A DNA stretch of 64,000 nt from NCBI GenBank assembly GCA_030141605.1, contig JAQGDQ010000222.1:62001-126000 (forward strand), written 5' to 3'. The position numbers and the translations under genes are program-made. This DNA is from Tubiluchus corallicola. Taxonomy: Eukaryota; Animalia; Priapulida. Below, in pieces: positions 63,664 to 64,000 of the stretch (the stretch's first letter is position 1; every line of letters begins with the position of its first letter). The notes under the pieces were generated by a model, which made no database searches, was not told the DNA's origin, and saw only the letters and a program-made list of their open reading frames with translations.

Positions 63664-64000
63664 CTGAAATTCATTTAGTGCTATATTAATATTCTTAGTC
63701 AGTAAACAATTGCGTACCGACATTAATACTGGTCAATTTAAAAGTTTAAATTAACAGTAATAGAGTGAGATTGTATTATTTTACATTAATTAATTATGTG
63801 TCTCATGTAATCATGATAAATTTTGACTGATTTTTTAAGAATCACTGAAACAGTAGTTGACAAAACGTGGAATCAGCACTGAAACGTTATCCTGAACAGA
63901 CATTTATGAAATGTAACTTAAAGAAGTGTAAGGGGGTATTATGAAAACTAAACTCACAACAACTTTTCCCAAGCTTGATTAAATGCGAATTATTTAATAA

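Overview
AT-rich, intron- and microsatellite-rich animal (probably invertebrate) genomic DNA, not prokaryotic, so most ORF-track entries are noise or antisense shadows. By hand-joining GT-AG exons I could build five genes. (1-2) A tandem pair of minus-strand paralogues (8156-13719 and 18776-22309) encoding secreted proteins of 796 and 742 aa. Each has a signal peptide, a basic cluster, a colinear 116-aa Gly/Tyr core and one C-terminal cuticlin-type ZP-N domain, with no ZP-C or transmembrane segment. (3) An inward-rectifier K+ channel (29206-32252, +, 531 aa). (4) An 18-exon AMPA-type ionotropic glutamate receptor (34755-57922, +, 906 aa). (5) A 5'-incomplete, divergent pentraxin/LamG-domain gene (61057-63663, -). 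Introns and intergenic DNA carry an intact hAT MITE with a perfect 8-bp TSD, a piggyBac remnant, a Tc1/mariner-like MITE, a decayed LINE 3' end, three TG...CA solo-LTR-like elements at microsatellites and many simple repeats. The best candidate for an undescribed system is the ZP-N-only Gly/Tyr protein pair. No gene could be supported in the first ~8 kb. All gene models are manual and untested against transcripts or databases.
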